This document shows, piece by piece, positions 58,786 to 64,000 of a stretch of 64,000 nt of DNA. The stretch is from Prorocentrum cordatum. Taxonomy: Eukaryota. Every line of letters begins with the position of its first letter. The stretch's first letter is position 1. The notes under the pieces were generated by a model that worked only from the letters and a program-made list of their open reading frames with translations, did not search any database and had not been told where the DNA came from. The stretch spans positions 310,001 through 374,000 of the forward strand of contig CAUYUJ010000226.1 of assembly GCA_963575745.1 (NCBI GenBank), in the 5' to 3' direction. A program made the translations under genes and the position numbers.

Positions 58786-61646
58786 ATGGGCCGTGCGCGT
58801 GCGTGCGTGCGTGCGTGTGTGTGTGTGCGCATGCAAACGCGTGTGCGTGCGTGTTGGCGTGTGCGCGTGTGTCTGTGTGTGCGTGCCGCGTGTTTGGCCA
58901 GGGTGGGTCTTGCGGGGCTGGGGGAATAGGGTGGGGTGGTGGTGTTGGTGCGGTGGTGGTGGGGCGGGGTTGGTTTGGTGCGTGCGTGTGTGTGTCGGAT
59001 GGTGTGTGTTTGTGGTGGGTATGGTGGGCGCGAGCAACTTGTGCGCGGGGTGGAGGTGGGGTGGGCAGGGTGGGGGGGTGAGGTTGCGTGGTTGGGGGTG
59101 GGATGGTGGATGCTTGTGTGCGTGGGAAGGGGGCTGGCGTGGTGGTTCTGGTGGCGGCGGTGGCGTGGGCGTGCGTGTGGGGCGCGTGGGCTGCGTGAGA
59201 CAGGGCGCGTGGTGAGGGTGGGCGGATCGCGTTTGGGATGCGTGGGCTTGGGCGGCGGATGGGGCGTGGCGTGGCACAAGGGTGGAGGGTGGGGATCGGG
59301 TGGTCTGGGCAAGGCTGGGGCGCGCGGATGCGTTGGCTGGTGGGCGGTGGCGGTGGTGCGCACGCACGCTGGGATGAGGGCGCGGGATGCGGACGGCTTC
59401 CGCAGGGGAGGGGGATGGCGCGGCGTGGCGGAGTGATGGGTGGGGATGCGTTGGTGGGGGAGGGGATGGGCATGAGGCATCGGTTGGAGCGGGTGCGTGC
59501 GGAGGGTGAAGTTTCGCCTGGCGCGGTTTGCAGATGGCGGGCGAGCGGGCGGGCGAGGCGCGGGGTTGGGTCTGCGTCGGCATGCGACGGGGTGAATGGG
59601 CGCGTGGGGTGACGGGAGCGGGGGGGGGGGCGGGGGGGCATCGTGGTTGGTGGCGTGCTGTGAGGTGGGGGGGGGGGTTGGGGGGAGGGGTGACAGCGGT
59701 GGTTGCGCGCGTTCGCGGCGGCGGGGTGGCGGTGGTTGTTGGTGGTGGCGGGGGGAGGGGGAAGGATGGAACGCGACGGTGGATGTTGGGGGCGGGGGCG
59801 CGCGGGCGGGTGGGTGGGCGGGTGGGCGCGGGGGCGGGGGGTGGGGCGGAGCGGCGTGGTGCGGGGTGGGGGCGGGGCGGGTGGGAGGGGGGCATGGCTG
59901 CGAGCATGACGCTACAATGAAGCAATGCGTCATGCTATTTTCTGGCGTGTGGGGGGAGGGGGGGGGGGGCTGCCAAAGTGTGGTTTGGCTTGGCCATGGG
60001 CCAGAAGTGGGTTGCGCGCGTAAGTTTTGCCAGCGTCGCGCGTTGCGCGCGCGGTGGGGGCACCCCCTGTTAAGTCAGTCCGCCGACCACGCCATGAACT
60101 GGTTGGCGCGGTCGGTGGCACGTCAGATCCAGGGCTACCGCGTCGTGCGATCGGGCGCCGCGTCGGTCCAGGAATTTGTTTCAGGCGGGCGCGTTGGTCA
60201 GTTCGTTCGCGGGCCTGGGGCGGCCATTGCGCGCGTGCTTCGCAAACGCGCGCGATGTAGCGGGTGGTCGCGCCGCGCACATTGACACGTTATTTTGGGG
60301 CTGGCATGACATGGCGCCGTCGCAGGCCGACGGTGGGAATGTTTTCCTTACGGTTATTTGGGGTTTGCGGAACCACAGACGTGCCATGTCGCGCGTGCTC
60401 GGGCAACCGTGGCACATTACATGGGCGGGTCGCCCCACGAAGGAACGCGCGCCTGAGTTGCGTAGCTCCGCCCCGCGCCTGCGTGCCTCCAGGCGCGTTG
60501 CACTTAGCAGCGCGCGCTTGTCATCAGGATGTCTTCAGGACGCTTCTAGGACTGATGAAAACTATCTTGCAAACTTGCTGGGCCAACCGCGGTGGCATCT
60601 GAAATCCGCGCGTCCGTTGCAGTGTAAAGCAACTTGCATGCCCAAGGGGACTCACACGCCTTCGCTCGATTTCGAGCGCGGTCAATTAGTTCTGTCTGCC
60701 CAGCGTGAGTGGCTGCGCCTGGTGTCAGGCGCGAAGGGTTGCACCGACTTAATATCAGCGTTGTTCTCTTCCTCTTGTCCAGCAAACCGTGGCCAAGACC
60801 AGAGGGGTACTTCGGGAATTCTGCGCGTCTCCGCTTTGGTCTTTCGGTAGTAAGAGCCTCGTCGCCATGCACGGACGTCGGCTGTGAGAAATCATTTCGA
60901 CGCGTGGGCCCTTCTCCCGCATTGCGTCGCGTTTGTTTTTCTCCTGGCGTTCAATTGAGCGTGTGCCAACCTACCAATGTCACGGCGTGGCATGCGCAAT
61001 CTTCGGCTGTATATGGGGGCGTGCACGTTCGCGCGGACTGGGCGTCTTTGGGGGAGGGGGTGGGGCAGGGGGGTAGACGACAAGTTTGCGACGTCAGTCT
61101 CAAACGGCGGCGCATAGCATCGCATCGCGCAGCATCGCGTTGCGTTCTGCCCACTGAAGCGTTCATTCAACCGCAAAAAAAACAACGGAAGCTGCCTGTT
61201 TGGAAACGCCTTTGCTTCTTTGGGCGTTAAATCTAACTGGAGAAGCGGCTCCCCAGGGCCCGAGTATGTGATGCAGCGCGCCTCTAAATGAGGGCCAGCC
61301 TCCCTCCTCCTCCTCCTTCTCCCTCTCCTCCTCCTCCTCCTCCCTCCTTCCCTCCCTCCATTTCTCCTCCCTCGTCCCTCCTCCCCCCTCCTCCCTCCTC
61401 CTCCTCCTCCTGCGTCCTACAGGTCGAGCCTACGTCGACAGTTTACGATTTTGAATTGAGTCAGCTCGCAGGATGACACCGTGGCGTGGTCAAATCGCAA
61501 TGCATACGCTATGAGAAGTTTCCATTGTTTACGTTTTCTTCTCCGGAACCATGTGGCTCAAACCATCTGCTCTTCCGAGCGGTTCGTTGCTGCATCTGCT
61601 TCCAGATCGATTCCCGTTCCACGTGCAGTAGTAGTGGCAAGCGTCA

Positions 61647-64000
61647 ATGGGGAGGAAAGGCAGAGCCCAGTCAGCGATAGACAGTGAGCAGCGCGATGCC
61701 GCTCCTCGCGGTGCTAAGCCTGCTCGAGGCGGGGCTGCTGCTTCCAAGCGCAAGGCTGCTGCGATGGGGGACTCAGAGAATCCAGATCAGAGCTGCGACT
61801 TCCAGCTTCCAGGGCTTTCGTCTTCCAGCGGGGGCTCGAGCACTGATGCGCCGCATCCAGACTCTGGTCCTCATTTGCGCGGCCATGGCGAAGACTGCAG
61901 GTGCCAGAGGTGCGGCAAGACTTCTGCTCCGAGCATGCTGGTCCCCCTCTCGGTCAACGCATGCGACCCCTGCTATGCCCCCATGTCGGCGTTCCACGCG
62001 ATCGGGCTCTCCTTCAAGGAGGTTTGCGGGCAGTGCTCTGCCGACGACCAGTTCAACGGGAACTACGAGAGGCTGATCAAGATGTCGAGTGTGGCGCCCG
62101 AGGAGAGGCCCTTCCCGCTGCAGAGCATCGCGGCGCACAAGAGGATGGGGTACACTGTCGTTGCGAACTTCGCTGCCAAGAAGGAGTCCGACATGGCGAA
62201 GGCGGATACAAAGGGCCTCGACCTCGAAGCTCTCGGAGAGAAGGCAGCAAGCATCCCTAGCCCGTTCAACGCGAACCAGACCCTCCAGGACATGGCCATC
62301 ACGACCGACGACAGCGTCCCCTTCATCCAGGTCAAGGTGTGGTGCAAGGTGGAGATCGAGGACACGATCGTCAACATGGACAGCAAGAAGCGCCTCCAGC
62401 AGTCGCAGCCAACCAACGTGTTTGACAAGATGCGGAAGTTACTGAATGACCAGTTGCCCGTGAGCTTGCGGGGAAACAAGCTCCCGCCATCTTTGGAGTT
62501 CTTGAAGAAGAAAGCATTGGGCATGGTTGGCAAGGACACGCCTGCTGAGTCGAAGAGGGGCCTGTTGGATGCCGAGGGCGAGGCTGTTCCATACGGTGGT
62601 GCAGACGCTGAGGGCGGTGCATCAACTGCGGCCGCTTCGCGTGATATGTTCCCGCTTGCTGCCGACAGCGGAGATCGCGCTCCAAGACCTGCTCCACTAC
62701 TGGGCGATCTCGCGGGGTCGCTAGCGACCGTCTCGCAGCCTTCGCCGTCGCCCAAGGCTGCTTGCAGGGTTGAGCCACGAGCGAGCCCCGACACCAGGAG
62801 TTGCATCAGCGATGGGGCGGGGACAACGACAGGTGCTGGGAAGCGGCATGGGAAGAAGAGCGATAAGGAGAAGGAGGCCGACCTCCTTGCCAGGTTGGAC
62901 TCCGCCAAGGTACTCCAGGGCCACTACGACGGCAGCGACGTGTACAATGCAACTCGGTTCGAGGACACCGCAAGCGACAGCAATGGCATCTCCAACGTGA
63001 GGCGTGCCAGACTCAAGTACGAGAGTGCCTACAAGATTGTGAATCCTGGCTCCGTCGACCAGTCCTTCTTGCACAAGACGCTGGAGGATCTCCACAAGAA
63101 GGGGCAGGTCTGGCCCCCAGAGTACGCCCTGAAGCTGGTGAAGCTGCGCGTCAAGCACGCACACGAGGTCGAGGACATGGTTGACGCCATCGTGCCACTG
63201 GGCCGCGAGGAGGATGACTACAACGACGCCGTTGAGAAGGCCGAGGACGAGGAGGAGCCAACCTTCGATCCGTTGAAGCCGCGTCTGCGTGATGTTCCTG
63301 CTGCTGAGCCTGCTGCCATGGTGTCGAGGTTCAGAAGCGTGGTCTCCGAGTTCCTCGCGCAGCCGCTGATCAAGGCAGGGAAGAACAACAAGTTGCTCAT
63401 CAGATCCCTCCACCATGATATCTCCAGAGTTCTCAAGGCCACCGACTGTGCCTTGCCAGGCATCAGCGCAGATGACGTTGCCATCCTGAAGAAGGCAGTC
63501 GATGAGCTGATTACCATCCTCAAGCTGCTGGAAGTCCTGGGTACGCCTTCCGTGGAGCACATGGTCGGGATGGACCCTACGACGACGAAGAAGTTCTTGG
63601 ACGGGAGTTTGGCTGAAGCCTGGCTGCCTTCGAAACAAGACCTCGAGGACAGCAAATTTTGGTCGCCGTTGCTGGTGCAGTTCCTGCGGCACAGGGCGGA
63701 CGAGTTCGCCATCGCCCCGAAGATGGCAGCCTTGCTGGTTGAGCTCAGCACCGACATCAACGACGAGAACAGGTTCAGGGAGATCGTGGCCGAGCTCAAC
63801 CGCATGACGAAGTTGTGCAGGCCACTGTCTTGCGACAGCGGGTGGCACAAACTGTTTGATAATATGGAGAGGTGGCTCGGCGAGAGCATCTCCAACGTGG
63901 TGTCCGACGACGTCGAGAACATGAAGGGCATCGACAACTTCGTCGGGGAGATCTGCAACGCCACTGCCTTCCCCGAGAACTCTTGGGTTGGGGATAAGTT
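61647..64000 (+). CDS. Long hypothetical protein (>780 aa, truncated by the window edge) with an N-terminal CxxC...CxxC motif
   Basis: Hand translation: MGRKGRAQSA...CRCQRCGKTS..NACDPCY..FKEVCGQC...WPPEYALKL...FDPLKPRL...; no stop seen to 64000; GC3-rich codons; absent from the ORF track because it has no stop. Confidence 0.8.
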   Translation, partial: MGRKGRAQSAIDSEQRDAAPRGAKPARGGAAASKRKAAAMGDSENPDQSCDFQLPGLSSSSGGSSTDAPHPDSGPHLRGHGEDCRCQRCGKTSAPSMLVPLSVNACDPCYAPMSAFHAIGLSFKEVCGQCSADDQFNGNYERLIKMSSVAPEERPFPLQSIAAHKRMGYTVVANFAAKKESDMAKADTKGLDLEALGEKAASIPSPFNANQTLQDMAITTDDSVPFIQVKVWCKVEIEDTIVNMDSKKRLQQSQPTNVFDKMRKLLNDQLPVSLRGNKLPPSLEFLKKKALGMVGKDTPAESKRGLLDAEGEAVPYGGADAEGGASTAAASRDMFPLAADSGDRAPRPAPLLGDLAGSLATVSQPSPSPKAACRVEPRASPDTRSCISDGAGTTTGAGKRHGKKSDKEKEADLLARLDSAKVLQGHYDGSDVYNATRFEDTASDSNGISNVRRARLKYESAYKIVNPGSVDQSFLHKTLEDLHKKGQVWPPEYALKLVKLRVKHAHEVEDMVDAIVPLGREEDDYNDAVEKAEDEEEPTFDPLKPRLRDVPAAEPAAMVSRFRSVVSEFLAQPLIKAGKNNKLLIRSLHHDISRVLKATDCALPGISADDVAILKKAVDELITILKLLEVLGTPSVEHMVGMDPTTTKKFLDGSLAEAWLPSKQDLEDSKFWSPLLVQFLRHRADEFAIAPKMAALLVELSTDINDENRFREIVAELNRMTKLCRPLSCDSGWHKLFDNMERWLGESISNVVSDDVENMKGIDNFVGEICNATAFPENSWVGDK

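Noticed and set aside
62063..63964. Minus-strand ORFs of 281, 375 and 248 aa
   Set aside because: Antisense shadows of the GC3-rich plus-strand ORF starting at 61647.

Overview
This is eukaryotic, GC-rich, repeat-dominated DNA, almost certainly from a dinoflagellate. The evidence is a near-perfect relic of the dinoflagellate spliced leader (SL) at 18354-18371, introns with GC/GA donors and AG|G acceptors, and retroelements that carry DNA methyltransferases. Main contents: (1) a young Ty1/copia LTR retrotransposon (2066-8516) with 95-bp LTRs, a GTTTC target duplication and a cytosine-5 DNA methyltransferase (DNMT) domain between integrase and RT, nested in a decayed tyrosine-recombinase (YR, DIRS/Ngaro-like) retroelement; (2) an intronless, SL-tagged probable retrogene for a secreted PTAA-repeat/GDPH protein (18435-21182); (3) a structurally complete but degenerate YR retrotransposon (24822-33309) with split direct repeats, a 5' Cys/Pro-rich membrane ORF and a 3' DNMT; (4) a HET-like/LRR gene whose interruptions are largely MITEs, one of them a clean introner-like case; (5) a two-intron, ~1460-aa DDE transposase-like gene with an HMG-like segment (46160-51064); (6) a long ORF that runs off the right edge and is missing from the ORF track (61647 onward); (7) many MITEs, Helitron-like ends, microsatellites and satellites, several with ~10.5-bp-multiple periods. 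The most intriguing pattern is that SL-like motifs recur inside the terminal repeats of both retroelement classes and upstream of the transposase-like gene and the final ORF. All calls come from reading motifs by eye; no searches were run.
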